64,000 nt of DNA from Eledone cirrhosa (taxonomy: Eukaryota), in contig OZ024740.1 of NCBI GenBank assembly GCA_964016885.1, positions 287,990,001-288,054,000 of the forward strand. The letters run 5' to 3'. Position numbers and translations under genes: made by a program. Positions 1 to 15,260 of this stretch are shown here, piece by piece (the stretch's first letter is position 1; the number at the start of each line of letters is the position of its first letter). The notes under the pieces were generated by a model that ran no database searches, was not told the DNA's origin, and saw nothing but the letters and a program-made list of their open reading frames with translations.

Positions 1-322
1 AGTGGACATAGGAAAGGTAGATACGGCGGAAGTGGACACAGGAAAGATAGACACGGCGGAAGTGGACATAGGAAAAGTAGATACGGCGGAAGTGGACACA
101 GGAAAGGTAGATACGGCGGAAGTGGACATAGGAAAGGTAGATACGGCGGAAGTGAACACAGGAAAGGTAGACACGGCGGAAGTGGACATAGGAAAGGTAG
201 ACACGGCGGAAGTGGACATAGGAAAGGTAGATACGGCGGAAGTGGATATAGGACAGGTAGACACGGCGGAAGTGGACACAGGAAAGGTAGACACGGCGGA
301 AGTGGACATAGGAAAGGTAGAT
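1..322. repeat. 30-bp minisatellite (~11 copies; two diverged 15-mers)
   Basis: Unit AGTGGACATAGGAAAGGTAGAYACGGCGGA repeats with period 30 and runs off the window start. Confidence 0.95.
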
Positions 323-479
323 ATATTAGAAAGTAGACAGTAAATGTAGACAGGTTGTCCAGTGCAACACGATGGTTCCATGTTCTAAAATGTCAGCGAA
401 AAAAATATAATTAAATAATTATAGTTGCATCTTTCCTAATTAGATGTCTGTTGTTATGGTTACTACGGCATAGAAGGTA

Positions 480-880
480 ACTGATGGTAATTGATGGTGT
501 CTGCTGTTACTGCTGTAGCTGCTGTTGCTGGTGATGTTGAAATTAATAGCAGCTATTGCTGGTTGTTATGATGATGGTGGTGGCACTGATTGTGGCGGTG
601 GTGATGGTGTTGGTAGTAGTAGTTATGGCAGCAGTGGTGGTGATTGCGATGACGACGACAACGACGACGATGACGACGATGATGATGATGATGATGGTGA
701 TGATGTTGATGTTTGTAATGATAGTAGTGCCGGTGATAATGATGATGTTGATGATAGCTGAGGTTGGAATTAGTTGAACTGGTTGTAGTCATTGTGGTAA
801 TGATGAGGATGATTCTGAATGTGGTTTGGAAGGTGTTGGTGCTTGTTGTGGTAATGTTGTGGTGTTATGGTTGTTGTATA
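480..880. repeat. Low-complexity (GAT/GGT)n tract
   Basis: Degenerate trinucleotide repeats. Confidence 0.85.
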
Positions 881-1203
881 ACCTAAACCAGTCTTATCAA
901 TCAAATTTGTTATCAATCCATTTAACCTATAATCACCTCGTTTGTTTTTCAGGCTGTGTGTCCAGGAATACAGTACACAATAAGTCCTTCACTTTTAAAA
1001 TACAGTGGGTTTACAATAGAGAGAAATTTGGTTGTTATTTCTTGCAGGTCTAATGATCACGTAAAGGTTCGTTGGTGGTTCGTTGGTGATGGTGATATAT
1101 TGTGACGGTTGTGTTGTTGATATAGCATAACTACAAGTCAACCCTTCGATAGATCCCTAGAGAGAGAGAGAAAGAGGAAGAGAGAAAGAGAAAGAGTGAG
1201 AGA

Positions 1204-1261
<58 letters not shown>

Positions 1262-1319
1262 GAGAGAGAGAAAGGGAGAGAGAAAGGTATATATATACAT
1301 ATATATATATTATTATAAA

Positions 1320-1965
1320 TGTAAGCTATCGCCGTATTTTGACTAAAGAAATTAAAGAAATTATTTAGCCTGATAGTGGGGTTAAGAACCCTCGGAGAAA
1401 TGGAAAAAGATGAGTATTGACGTACATGGGAGAGAGAAAGGTATATATATATATATATATGGTTGTGGTAGTTCATGGTTTTGTAGTTGTGGTGGTGGTG
1501 GTAGTAGTAGTTGTGTTGGGTGGTTTTGTGGTTTTGCCGTTGTTGTAGTGGTTGTAGTAGTGTTGGTGGTGGTTGTAGTGGTGGTAGTGGTTGTAGTAGT
1601 GGTGGATCTTTTTGTTGTAGTTGTTGTGCTGGTGGTAGTAGTAGTAGTGGTGGTGATGGTTGTACTAGTGGTGGTGGTTGTAGTAGTGGTGGTGGTGATG
1701 GCTGTAGTAGTAGTGGTGGTGATGGTTGTAGTGGTGGCGGTAGTAGTAGTGGTGGATCTCTTTGTTGTAGTTGTATTGGTGGTAGTGGAAGATGGTTTTG
1801 TTACTGTGGTGGTGGTGTTACTGTTGTGGTTGTAGTAGTCTTACTGTTGTGGTTGTAGTGGTGTTACTGTTGTGGTATATATATATATACCTTTCTCTCT
1901 CCCATGTACGTCAATACTCATCTTTTTCCATTTCTCCGAGGGTTCTTAACCCCACTATCAGGCTA
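1320..1965. mobile_element. Fold-back copy of the tRNA-headed repeat family (3' part only) bracketing a (GGT/GTA)n tract
   Basis: 1368-1460 is the reverse complement of 1876-1965; sequence matches 48490-48700 and 60595-60900. Confidence 0.75.
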
Positions 1966-2020
1966 CGTGAGCTGTCAATCTACTGTGTGTAATATTTATA
2001 TTACAACACAACGGAAAATA

Positions 2021-2059
<39 letters not shown>

Positions 2060-2214
2060 AATGGAAGTTCAGCATAATCGAAGCTCTGGCTGCAGTTATG
2101 CTAACGAATGCAATCGGAATGTGCAGCTAAGCACTCAATAAGGTATTTTATCTTAGAGTAATAACATTACGTTTAGACGGCTTGGCAAATTGAAGATCGC
2201 GACCGGTAAGCCAG

Positions 2215-2469
<255 letters not shown>

Positions 2470-2670
2470 GTTGTCCACCCCCTGTATTCGCGGGGGTTAC
2501 GTTCCTAGAGCACTCACAAAGAGTGAAAGCCGCGAATACTGGACGTGGCCCATAAAAATGTCTATAAACGGCAATATATAACGTAAACAATAATTTAATA
2601 AAAATACAGTAAAATGTACAGGTACTCACCAATAATGAATGATATTGATTGAAGATGATGATGATGAAAA

Positions 2671-2859
2671 TAATTGTTTCTACTTTAGGCACAAGGCCAG
2701 CAATTACCCAGTACATTACTGGTACTTTATTTTATCGACCCCGTAAGGATGAAAGGCAAAGTTAACCTCGGCGGAATTTGAACTCAGATCATAAAGGGAC
2801 GTAACTATGCTGGAAAACACGGCGTCCGACCCTCTACCGATACTGCCAATCCACCGCCC
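2671..2859 (-). mobile_element. tRNA-derived SINE (main family of this window)
   Basis: A box TGGCAGTATCGG, B box GAGTTCAAATYC, central GCCTTTCATCCTTACGGGGTCGATAAAATAAAGTACCAG (resembles Meta/Sauria-SINE-type domain); TSD GATGATGATGAAAA. Confidence 0.9.
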
Positions 2860-2910
2860 TGATGATGATGAAAACAATGAAGATAATGACTGCGCAGCAA
2901 AGCAGAGGAT

Positions 2911-4655
2911 TTAAAGCTCCTCAGGTGGCGTCTCTTCTTCAGGCGTTTCAAGCGATGTTGTATCTTTGTGCAAGGCTTTCTTGGTGGGCTTGAGGAACAT
3001 TGTGGTGGGATGTTGCTGTCGCTCTTTCTTCATGGTGACGAGGAGAGTTTTATATGTCTGCATGGCAACATCGATGACATTTTTAAATTAGAGAGACCGA
3101 ACCATATAGGGATCCCATGCTTCCGCCTTCCCTTGCAACTCCTTTGCTGTCTTCAAAAGGTCGGACAGACGTCGTTCCATTGTCAGGCGTTCCTAATCTT
3201 CCTCCTCCTCCTCCTCCTCCTCCTCCTCCTCCTCCTCCTCCTCCTCCTCCTCCTCCTCCTCCTCCTCCTCCTCGCTGGCAGACTTCGTTAACTCCAACAA
3301 ATCCTCATTCGTCAGGGGTTCAGAGTGGGCATCGATGAAGTTGTTGACCTCATCTTGCGTGATGTCGTCAAAACCTTCACCACCAAGTACCTTTGCCAGT
3401 AACACCGCATTGTCGACAACCTCGTGCTGAATGTCTTCAGGTGAGAAGCCCTTTTAGTCCTGGACACATTCTGGCTACACCTTCCAGCATGCGATGAGAG
3501 TTTCTTTTTACATGTACTTAAGAGCAGTTTGAACGACTGACAGGCACGCTGCGATCGTGAAGTTACGCCAATATCACTTTAACTTGAAATTTTCGTCCGA
3601 GTCAATTGCGTTCACAAGATGTTGGAGAGAGTTCCGAGTGTAAAGTGCATTGAAGGCACGGATCACGCCTTGATCCATAGGCTGGATGACGGAGGTGGTG
3701 TTTGTAGGAAGGAACTCGACTTGGACTCCCTCGTAACACAAATCCATAGAGTGACCGCCAGAATTATCCATAACTAGCAACACCTTGAATTCGTTGTTGA
3801 GGTATTCCTTGGCTTGAGGGATGAAGCATTGAGGAACCAGTTCAAAGTTAGACTTTTGTTAATCCAGGCCTTGGGGTTGTGCATCCAGTGGATAGGCAGC
3901 AGGTTTCTATTCTTATTATTGAAGGCCCTCGGATTCGCGGATTTGTAGATAAGGCCTGGTTTCATCAAGACCAGCAGCATTGTTAACGTCACTCTGTCCT
4001 TCTGTGCCTTAAATAATGGGGATCTGGCTTTGTCCTTCATGATGTACGTTCTGGAAGGCATCTTCTTCCAGAAAAAAACCAGTGTCGTACATATTGAAAA
4101 CCTGTTCCTGCTTGTATCCCTTATCCTGAAAATCTCGAGGTACTTCTCAGCGACTTCTTTGTCGGCTGATGCTGCCTCTTAATGCAGGGAAACACACTTT
4201 ATTTCAAACTGCTTCTAGAAACGATCAAACCATCCGTTGTTCCGAGGCTGTCGATAGTCCTGGTTGCGGTTCTTCGGTGCCTTCTGCTCCGTCTCCTCTA
4301 TCGAACAGCTGATATAATTTCCCCGCTTTCTCACGGATGATGTTACCGCTCAAGGGGATGTTTTTCGTCTTGGAGTCGCTGATCCACAATGCCAAGGCAG
4401 ATTCCATCCTGACGAAGTGCGTATTTCTCACTGTTGTTATCTTTTTGCCACTTTCACAGAAACCCACTGCTATGGTAGTCCTGATCGGTGCCGCGTTCTT
4501 CTTTATCTACCTTATGGTGCTTTTGTTGATGCCATAATAGCGACCTAGTGCGGCATATCCAGTAGTTTTACCTTCTCATGGAGCGTCGTAACCTTTTTCT
4601 GGCGCTTAGGTACATTGCCAGAAGCCTTAGAAGCTGTAGGGCGTTTGGGTGACAT
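2911..4655 (-). pseudogene. Tigger/pogo transposase (CENP-B HTH + DDE_1), frameshifted
   Basis: MSPKRP start; motifs MESALALWISD..IREKA, MPSRTYI..KDRVTL, LLVMDNSGGH, FLPTNTTSVIQPMDQGVIRAF; acidic tail. Confidence 0.9.
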
Positions 4656-4849
4656 CTTAGCACTTTAATAAACACGCTGCAAAAAACACAACACTCAGCA
4701 AAACACTAGAAATAGCTATCGGACGCACCCCCCCCCCAAAAAAAAAACGTATTAAAAAATCTTCCCTGCATTTAATATGGGAGATTGAGCAGAGGTTTAA
4801 AAACATGATGGTTTAAAAAAAAGTAGTTTGTATTACTACGAGAGAGAAA

Positions 4850-4940
<91 letters not shown>

Positions 4941-4941
4941 A

Positions 4942-5008
<67 letters not shown>

Positions 5009-5729
5009 AAATGGAACCTGAACCGATAAGGTCTGGTATATCGGGTATGTCACTATTTTTTTGGTACCCCTTGAAATATATATAATAACATAAAATAAAT
5101 ATGGTTTTATAAATATAGTTTCCATTTATTAATATCATTGATATTATACTCAGGAAACTGTAGAGTGCTTCGAATCTGTTATAATAAATAAATTTGTTGA
5201 ATTATCGGCAAATTAAATATCTCTTTGCTTATATATATATATATGTTTCATGTCAACAAACATTTGTCTCATTCTGACGTCACCAGCCCTGTTTTTCCAC
5301 ATGTGCGTTTATTTTAATAATCACGCATGATGTTAAACTAGCCTGCTTCTAAATTCCCTTTTTGGCATATTACCAGTGAGACCTTGGTTACCATGTTGAG
5401 CTCTGCTGATGAACGAAATCCAACCGTGACCATCCCCACTGAAAATTTTCGTGAAATAGTCTTTTCAAGACTATACATAGCATTTGAAGTTGTCCCAAAT
5501 TGACGGTTGAGTACTTTAGACTTTGTTTTATCATGAGTTAAGGCTCTATTGATTTTTTCCCTGGATTTCTCTAAATTCTGTTGGATAAATCTATATCCTG
5601 ATTCCTTTTGAATTGAGTCTGAATTATTTTTCTTATATCTTATGTAACTATTTTCCCATTTGACGCTATAATCACATATATGTTATGGAATACTGTTAGC
5701 TTCTCGCTACAACAATTTCTATACTTTTC

Positions 5730-5777
<48 letters not shown>

Positions 5778-6057
5778 AGTAATAAACACAGTAAATCGTG
5801 TGTCTAAAATTACGAGGGGTGAAATACCACATTTGTTTGAGAAATTCAATCTGATTACTACACACACACATATATATGTTTGACAAATTCAATCAGATTG
5901 AATTTCTCAAACAAATGTGATATTTCAACCCTCGTAACTTTAGACACACGATTTACTGTGTTTATTACTACATATATTTTTATATAATGCTCAGTATTTA
6001 TACTTTGAGCTTGTTAATTACAGGGTATCAGTATGAGTTATTACTCTGCCTTTTATT

Positions 6058-6094
<37 letters not shown>

Positions 6095-6186
6095 CTTTTA
6101 CTACAATGAGAGGTTGTTGTTACCGAGAGACAAATACAGAGTGAGAGAAAGAGAGAGAAGGGGTGAGAGAGAAGGGGTGAGAGAGA

Positions 6187-6250
<64 letters not shown>

Positions 6251-6754
6251 AAGAGAAGGAGAGAGAGAGAGTGTGTGAAATATAGATAGATGTCTTTGGT
6301 TGAAAACGCAGGAATAAGATATACAAGACACAGTGTACTTGTATCTAAAACAAACAAGCGACGTGATGCTCGGCTATTCTAATCAGAGGGAGTTTTTTTT
6401 TATGCGAAAGGGCGTCCAATAGGCCGGCAGATACGGTATACTGTTAATAATTTAGCGTTAAAATGCGTGAAAAAATATATATTGCCACGAAAAAAGCTAT
6501 AAAAAAATCGCCGAAAATATTTACGATTCCGCGAATATGCGGCGGTTTCCACGAACAATTATTAGTTAGGTTCTAAGGAAAATTCCACGAATACACGGGG
6601 CTACACTGTATTGTGTCACTATTACCTAATTTATTGTGTTTACTCCGAGGAGTAATTTATTGATTACTCTCTCATTGAGAGCTTTGTGATAGCCTTCGAA
6701 AATCGGATGCGAATCTGCTACTCGCAACTGCAACATCGGTTATACTCATTATTA

Positions 6755-7255
6755 ACTTAACTATAATAAAAAGAGGAGTGCGGGACTGCGTCCAGAATAT
6801 ATATATTTTTATCCCGTTTGTAAAATAAGTTAGATTACTTTGAATAAATAATGAATTAATATTACATAATTTATCTACTAAATTTTGTAACTCTTGATTA
6901 AATATAAATAATTTTATTGCTTATTTAAAGATTCACTTCTTTAAAATTTTCAAATGTCAACACTTCCAGTTAGCGCCCGTTATATTATAACACTTATAAA
7001 AACATCGCATATATTTCCATCACTAATTTTCTCCTAATTCAGTTTATATATAATATCGTCTTTTTTTAATGTATCATGGATTACTTTACTGATTACAGAA
7101 GAGAGTGTAACACAGTCTCTCTTCAATTTCTGTGCATATTGTCTATCGATTTTATTTGACATATCATATCTACATGCATATATATTTGCATATAACATCA
7201 ATATGCACATTACACATGCTAGCAGAAAATCACCCGAAAGGTGGTTTTCTGCTAG
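6755..7255 (+). mobile_element. Non-autonomous Helitron, family A
   Basis: 3' hairpin GCAGAAAA.CACC/GGTGGTTTTCTGC then CTAG|T; homologous to 11192-11683 and 14270-14891. Confidence 0.75.
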
Positions 7256-7312
7256 TTATATATGAAGGTAGATAGATAGATAAATAGATGGATAGATAGA
7301 TAGGAAAAGAGA

Positions 7313-7407
<95 letters not shown>

Positions 7408-8048
7408 GCGGTTGTAGAAACTACCTCTTATTCATTGTTTGGGGGTTTGGTTTAAAGCAGTCATAGGCATGTATGTGGACTATGCATATACGAGTATGTA
7501 GGGTGGGGCTCTAGTGGAATGGAGAGAGAAAGTTTTGGAGGAGATTTATCCACGATGTGCAATGAGAAGTTGCATGAAATTGAGCCGCAAGTATTGAGTT
7601 TGACCACAAGAAGTACTGTGTATAGAGCCATCACTGATGAAAAGTGGGGGGAAGGAATATTCTTCAAAGCTGGGAGACATTCTTTTGGCAATAGACTAAA
7701 AGAAATAAAATAGCATCGTTTGCAGTTTGGGAAATAGAAAAGATTATTCGCTGTATTATACGCGGATGCATTTTTTTTTTGTCTCGGATACTATAGAACT
7801 TGTAGGAATTGCGCAAGCGTTGTCACTGTTTCTTTGCACGAACTACTGCAGCTTAGTTACAATTCAACCAGTTTTGGAGTGTCAAAGTTTGGTTGTGTAT
7901 GGGATGTGATGGAATGTGGTGGTATATGACTAAATGGATGGCTTCAGTCAACTCCAACCACGTATTTGTTACTGTTGAGCTAGATGTAAAGCATACTCGC
8001 CTGAGGTAGCATAGAACTGGTGAAGCTTCGAAAAGTCAACTGACTTAA

Positions 8049-8268
8049 CCGTTTAGCATTTAAACCGGCCATATCCGGCCAGAATTCTCTCACCTCTTTC
8101 TGTTCAAACAGCCATAACCGACTGCTTATACTTATGTAAAGGTATTATTCTCAAAATAAATAATATCAAAATCTCGTAGATTTGATATTATGTGAGATAA
8201 TTATGTGAAATATAGTGTTTACTGTGAAAATACAATCATTAATATAGAGTAATATAAATGCTAAAGGG
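8049..8268. mobile_element. piggyBac-type MITE
   Basis: TTAA on both sides; TIRs CCGTTTAGCATTTA / TAAATGCTAAAGGG. Confidence 0.8.
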
Positions 8269-8478
8269 TTAAAGCGCCATAGGGCCTGGGAAATAGAGGA
8301 CGTTTGTCTGTGGATATGTGGGGGTTAGTCGAGATATAACAAAGGCTGGATGGTTTAGTAGAAACGGTAATGATTTGGTAGAAGGTTAGTTTGGAGATGA
8401 GAAAGGAATCAAGTGTGTTTGGTATGTCTGTGTGTCGGTCAGAGATACGTATAGGGGATGAAGCTAATTGTTCTAAAG

Positions 8479-8696
8479 CAGGCATGTTTAAAAATGCGGC
8501 TAATGGGCCGCGTGCGGCCCTTTACAAGCTCACCTGCGGCCCGCCCAAAAGTCTTTACAGCGCGAGCATGTTTTATCTTCGTAATATAAAATTTAAAAAA
8601 TTAGTTGTATTGTGCGCAATTAGTTGTCGTGTGTGACGCTCGGACAACACATGTGACTTATGTGAGCGTCGGGGGTCCCTCAGTTTGACATGCCTG
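8479..8696. mobile_element. hAT-Charlie-type MITE
   Basis: TIR CAGGCATGT(T/C)..AAA / TTTGACATGCCTG; perfect 8-bp TSD TTCTAAAG. Confidence 0.85.
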
Positions 8697-8882
8697 TTCT
8701 AAAGAGTTAAAGATTACAACAGATTTGGTGTCTGTCCCAGCAGTATTGATGTAAAACGAATGAGAATGCTATGAGGAGCTGTGGACTTTGAAGTCATTGT
8801 GGACGATGAAATCAGAGAGAAGTGACATGAGATATATATCTTTGATGCAGGATATATATATACGATCATATATATACATACG

Positions 8883-8986
<104 letters not shown>

Positions 8987-9003
8987 CGATCATATATATA
9001 TAT

Positions 9004-9109
<106 letters not shown>

Positions 9110-9166
9110 ATATATATATATATGATCGTATATATATATCCTGCATCGGTATATATCTTTGATGCA

Positions 9167-9299
<133 letters not shown>

Positions 9300-9316
9300 C
9301 GATCATATATATATAT

Positions 9317-9424
<108 letters not shown>

Positions 9425-9481
9425 ATATATATATATATGATCGTATATATATATCCTGCATCGGTATATATCTTTGATGCA

Positions 9482-9540
<59 letters not shown>

Positions 9541-9572
9541 CGTATATATATATCCTGCATCAAAGATATACG

Positions 9573-9635
<63 letters not shown>

Positions 9636-10263
9636 TGCATCAAAGATATATATCTCATGTCACTTCTCTCTGATTTCCTCGTCCACAATGACTTCAAAGT
9701 CCACAGCTCCTCATAGCATTCTCATTCGTTTTACATCAATACTGCTGGGACAGACACCAAATCTGTTGTAATCTTTAACTCTTTAGAACAGGCATGTCAA
9801 ACTGAGGGACCCCCGACGCCCACATAAGTCACATGTGTTGTCCGAGGGCCACACACAACTAATATATATATATATATATATTGCCACTTAATGAAAACTC
9901 TTTGTTTGATTTACAGTTGATTAATAGTCAGTGATATACTATCTAGGTAAAGGAGGTGTAAGAGAAGTTTAAGTATAATCTGGACAGCAAAAATGGGCCA
10001 TAGATAAGGGTTGAAAGACTTCGGAGAGTAACAGGATGTGTGGTTTACGTGTTTGTAGGAGATGATGGTGTGGAGTCTACGTTTGATTGGAGTCCAAGAG
10101 TATTTGAGAAGGAGAAAGAATTGTACAGCGGACCTAGGGTTGTTTTTAGGAAAGTGTAACGCGTGACAGCAAGCCGTGTAAATCAAGAACATACACACAC
10201 ACACATATACACACAAAGGCAGACACACACATACATACACACACACACATATATATATATATA

Positions 10264-11126
<863 letters not shown>

Positions 11127-11191
11127 TATATATATATTACTTGTGGTTGTCGTGGTCATCACCATCTTAATAAATATCATCATTATTATGA

Positions 11192-11683
11192 CTAGCAGAA
11201 AAACCACCTTACGGGTGGTTTTCTGCTAGCATGTGTAGTGTGTACATTGATATTATACACAAATATATATGCATGTAGATATGATACATCAAATAAAATC
11301 GTAATTGACAATATACAGAGAATTTGAACGAAGACTATGTTACACTGTCTTCCGTAATCAGTAACGTAATCCATGATACATTTAAAAAAAGACGATATTA
11401 TATATAAACTGCATTAGGAGAAAATTAGCGACGGAAATATATGGAATATTTTTATAAGTGTTATAATATAACGGCCGCTAACCGGAAGTGTTGACATTTG
11501 AAAATTTTAAAGGCCTTTAAATAAACTATAAAATATATTTAATCAACAGCCACGAAATTTAGCACATAAATTATGTAATATTCATTCATTATTTATTCAA
11601 AGTAATCCAACTTATTTTACAAACGGGGTAAAAAAATTTATTCTGGACGCAATCCCGCACCCCTTTCTTTATTATAGTTAAGA
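11192..11683 (-). mobile_element. Non-autonomous Helitron, family A
   Basis: A|TC...hairpin-CTAG|T on minus strand, no TSD. Confidence 0.8.
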
Positions 11684-13290
11684 TGATAGCAACCCCCGCC
11701 TCCGCTACTCCTACCGCCACCGTCGCCACCTCCACCAAAAACAACAACACCACTACATTCACTAACTCTACCATCCTTACATTATCATCATGGCTCATCC
11801 ACTTATAAATGACTACGAGTTTGACCTCTATCACATAGATAAAAATAAATAAAAAACTTTAATGCTTAGAACGTTAAAAAAAGCGCATTAGCTGATGACT
11901 AATGTTACATGTGTAAGTACGGGGGTATAACTCTGACGCTCAGTTGGAAGATTTTAGGGAACTGCAGTCTCACTGTAACTTATTGAATCAGTATTTAGCA
12001 TTTAGTGATCTGAAGCATATTAAGGTTTTCTTAAGTGATAGAAAATTGATAGAAAACGACAGTGGAAAAATATATCTCAATATGATATTAATAGTCCATA
12101 AATCTATATAGAAACGTATTAAATAATTTTCAGCTATTTAACTCTTAGCTATTATGCATATGGCATCTCGTGCATACCTTATCTCGCGGGAAATTTCACG
12201 TTTCACGTTTCACGTTTCACGTTTCACAAATACGATATCCTTTGATAATCAGCCATTATTCATTCGTGAGACATATCCTGCATAAAGTAGGCTGTTACTG
12301 TCTAAAAGTGCGAGCTTGTTCAATATTCCTATCTGTATCAGCACAAGCATAACTAACATAATGAAAATTTCCCCTATAAACCACTCAGAACAAACAAGGA
12401 ATGAAATCAATTACCATTAGACTAATATGTTTTATTGTCTGAATTTCAACGTTGAAACCTTGTTTCTTAGTTACAGACCGGCTCATTATTTGTTTGAGAA
12501 TATTGAAACATAAAAACAAATCGAAACATTTATATATATATACACAAGTGAGAATGATTAGTTATTTGTTTGTTCAAAAACACATCCCGCACAAACTTTC
12601 TTTGCACATCCCGTTGGAAAATATAAAACTACGTATACATTCTATTTGCGACATCTGCCCCCCCAAAATGTATTAATATAACTTGCATGGAATATGAACT
12701 GTCATTCGCTTCAAATAGTCGAATATCTACTCGGAAGTTTATGTTTAGAAGTTTGTACATAAACATATAATCACCACCAGCTTCTAAGCTTACAAAATAC
12801 ATAATTATTGAAAACTATCTCTCAACAAAACATACTTCTAATCTAGCAGATGATAAAAATAAGTTGACCTAAGTTATCAGTGTTACAGTAGACAATGTCA
12901 AATCAATTACTACGTAACCTTTCATGTTATTGTGAAGATGTTGGAAGCTGTCTACGTAATCTTTCTGGCTTTGACAATGGTATCATTATAATGCTTGACT
13001 GTCACTTTTATATTAAACAATGTTTAAAACCAGTCCTTCTTTAATCCCCAATGAAACAATATTCATTAAATTTTTCAGTGAAAATTACAGAAACTCAAAT
13101 TACACCAGATTGTTGTTGACGTAATAATTGTGGTTAATGGTGGAAGCTGTCGTCTGGGCCTTCATTTTCAAACCTAAATGACATTTAGTTACTCTCACTG
13201 AGATTTGGTTGCTCTTTTTCTCTCGATCTATTTAGTTGCTTGCGAGTAACAACAACAACAACTGCTACTGCTACTACTACTTCAACAAAA

Positions 13291-13324
<34 letters not shown>

Positions 13325-13348
13325 TTACCACCACCACCATCACCACCA

Positions 13349-13421
<73 letters not shown>

Positions 13422-14094
13422 CGAGGGAGTGTCTTAAAGCGAATATAAATACTGGAATATGTCTATAAATGTATTTGCGAAAGTATATATACTAAAGTTT
13501 TATATACACACCAGTGCGAACGCATTCCCGCACGCACGCACACTACACACACACGCGCGCGCGCGCTCTAGCACACACACACTTTCACACACTTTCACAC
13601 ACACACACACACACACATTATTTATGGCTGTGAAACGACATCAGTGACATAAGGGCCTAGAATTTCGTGATTAAAGCATTTATCACACAAAAAAAAAATC
13701 TATTTGTAGAGAGATACCTGCCTGCATCCATCCATATATATACATAAACACACACGCACACATGCTCACGTGTATGCACTGTGGTCTTTCAAGCGAGCGT
13801 GAAACTCTTATTTATCTATCTATTCATCTATACAGATACTCTCCGACTTAGTTCTAACAAAATGGCCGTTAAGGATCACCTATACGTATGATCGGGCTGC
13901 TGTGGTGTCGGGTGATATTTTATATGCATTACTCATATGTACTGTATATTCTTAGTATGGAGCCGTAATTCCTGGTGGAGTCATAGGGGCGCGGTACTGA
14001 CATACGGTGTGTATTGGGCACTCTAAACTCGGTGGACCCCATCTCTTCTCTAGGTCTGAATACAGCTGATTTCTTCCAAAGAAGGAGAGAGGGA

Positions 14095-14252
14095 GAGAGA
14101 AACATTCTCAGTACTAGATTGATATGCTTTTATCAATCGCGAAAGGTTGAAAGACAAAGTTGGCCGTTGCGAGATTTGAAATCAGAGAAAGCAAAAAGAA
14201 TACCGCAAAGCATTCTATTCGACGTTCTAACGATTCTGTCAATCCACCACCC
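14095..14252 (-). mobile_element. Older diverged tRNA-SINE copy
   Basis: Degenerate match to the main SINE (GATTTGAA.TCAG, TGTCAATCCACCACC). Confidence 0.65.
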
Positions 14253-14269
14253 TCATATGCTCTGTACTA

Positions 14270-14891
14270 TCATAATATAATAAAAGGAGGAGTGCAGGAC
14301 TGTGTCCTGAATATATTTTTTTATCCCGTTAGTAAAATAAGTTAGATTACTTTGAATAAATAATTATAAAGAAGCAGTTTCATTCATTACTTTGAATAAA
14401 TAATGAATGAACATTACATAATTTTGTACTAAATTTCGCAGCTGTTGATCAAACATAAATATTCTTATATTCTTATATATAATGACTGCTTATTTTAAGA
14501 TTCATTTCTTTAAAAATTTTCAAATGTCTACATTTCCGGTTAGCGCCCGTCATATCAGAACACTTATTACATCGTTTATGTAAACGTTTATATATTTCCA
14601 TCGTTATATAAGGTTTATATTTCGGTCGCTAATTTTCTCCTTTTTCTTTTTCCTTACATTTCACCGTAATGCAGTTTATATATAATATCGTCTTTTTTAA
14701 ATGTATCATGGATTACTTTACTGATTACAGAAGAGAGTGTAACACAGTCTCTCTTCAATTTCTGTGGATATTGTCAATTACGATTTCATTTGGCATATCA
14801 TATCTACATGCATATATATTTGCATATAACATCAATATGCACACTACACATGCTAGCAAAAAAACCACCCAAAGGGTGGTTTTTCCGCTAG
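14270..14891 (+). mobile_element. Non-autonomous Helitron, family A
   Basis: A|TC start, 3' hairpin + CTAG|T, third homologous copy. Confidence 0.8.
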
Positions 14892-15260
14892 TGTAACTAA
14901 TATATTTTAGATGTTCATTCAGACATCAACTTCCAATATAAGCCAGTCTCATCAACGTTGAAGATCTGTTCAGCTAAATATCCTCCCTTGATGAAATTAT
15001 CCTGTTTCAATAAACCACTCAGTTGCTACTATATCGCCACTTGCTGCTTTTTCTGTTACCTGGATCTTATGCCGATTTCTTTGCTTTTTTTTTTCTTTTG
15101 AAGTCATTAAACTACCCATTACTAGCTTGGAAGTTTTCTTTATGTTCTCCTATTCATTTCTAAAAGGTTTCGAAGATACTTCAAGTCTTAGCATATACTG
15201 TTAGTAGGTTTATGAAATACGTTTTTGTATCTGGTCGTTTATTCGATTTTCTATCTAGAG

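Larger units (their letters stand above)
7400..8830 (-). mobile_element. Old APE-type LINE relic (Jockey/CR1-like), interrupted by MITEs
   Basis: Minus-strand remnants [12 protein letters not shown] (GDFN-like) and PIRISDRHTDIPNTLDSFLIS. Confidence 0.5.

Noticed and set aside
2-343. 113-aa ORF of EVDIG/KVDTA repeats
   Set aside because: Translation of a 30-bp minisatellite; no ATG or splice evidence within the window
13100-13173. Possible terminal exon on minus strand (GLKMKAQTTASTINHNYYVNNNLV*)
   Set aside because: Short, no recognisable homology, only an AG acceptor as support
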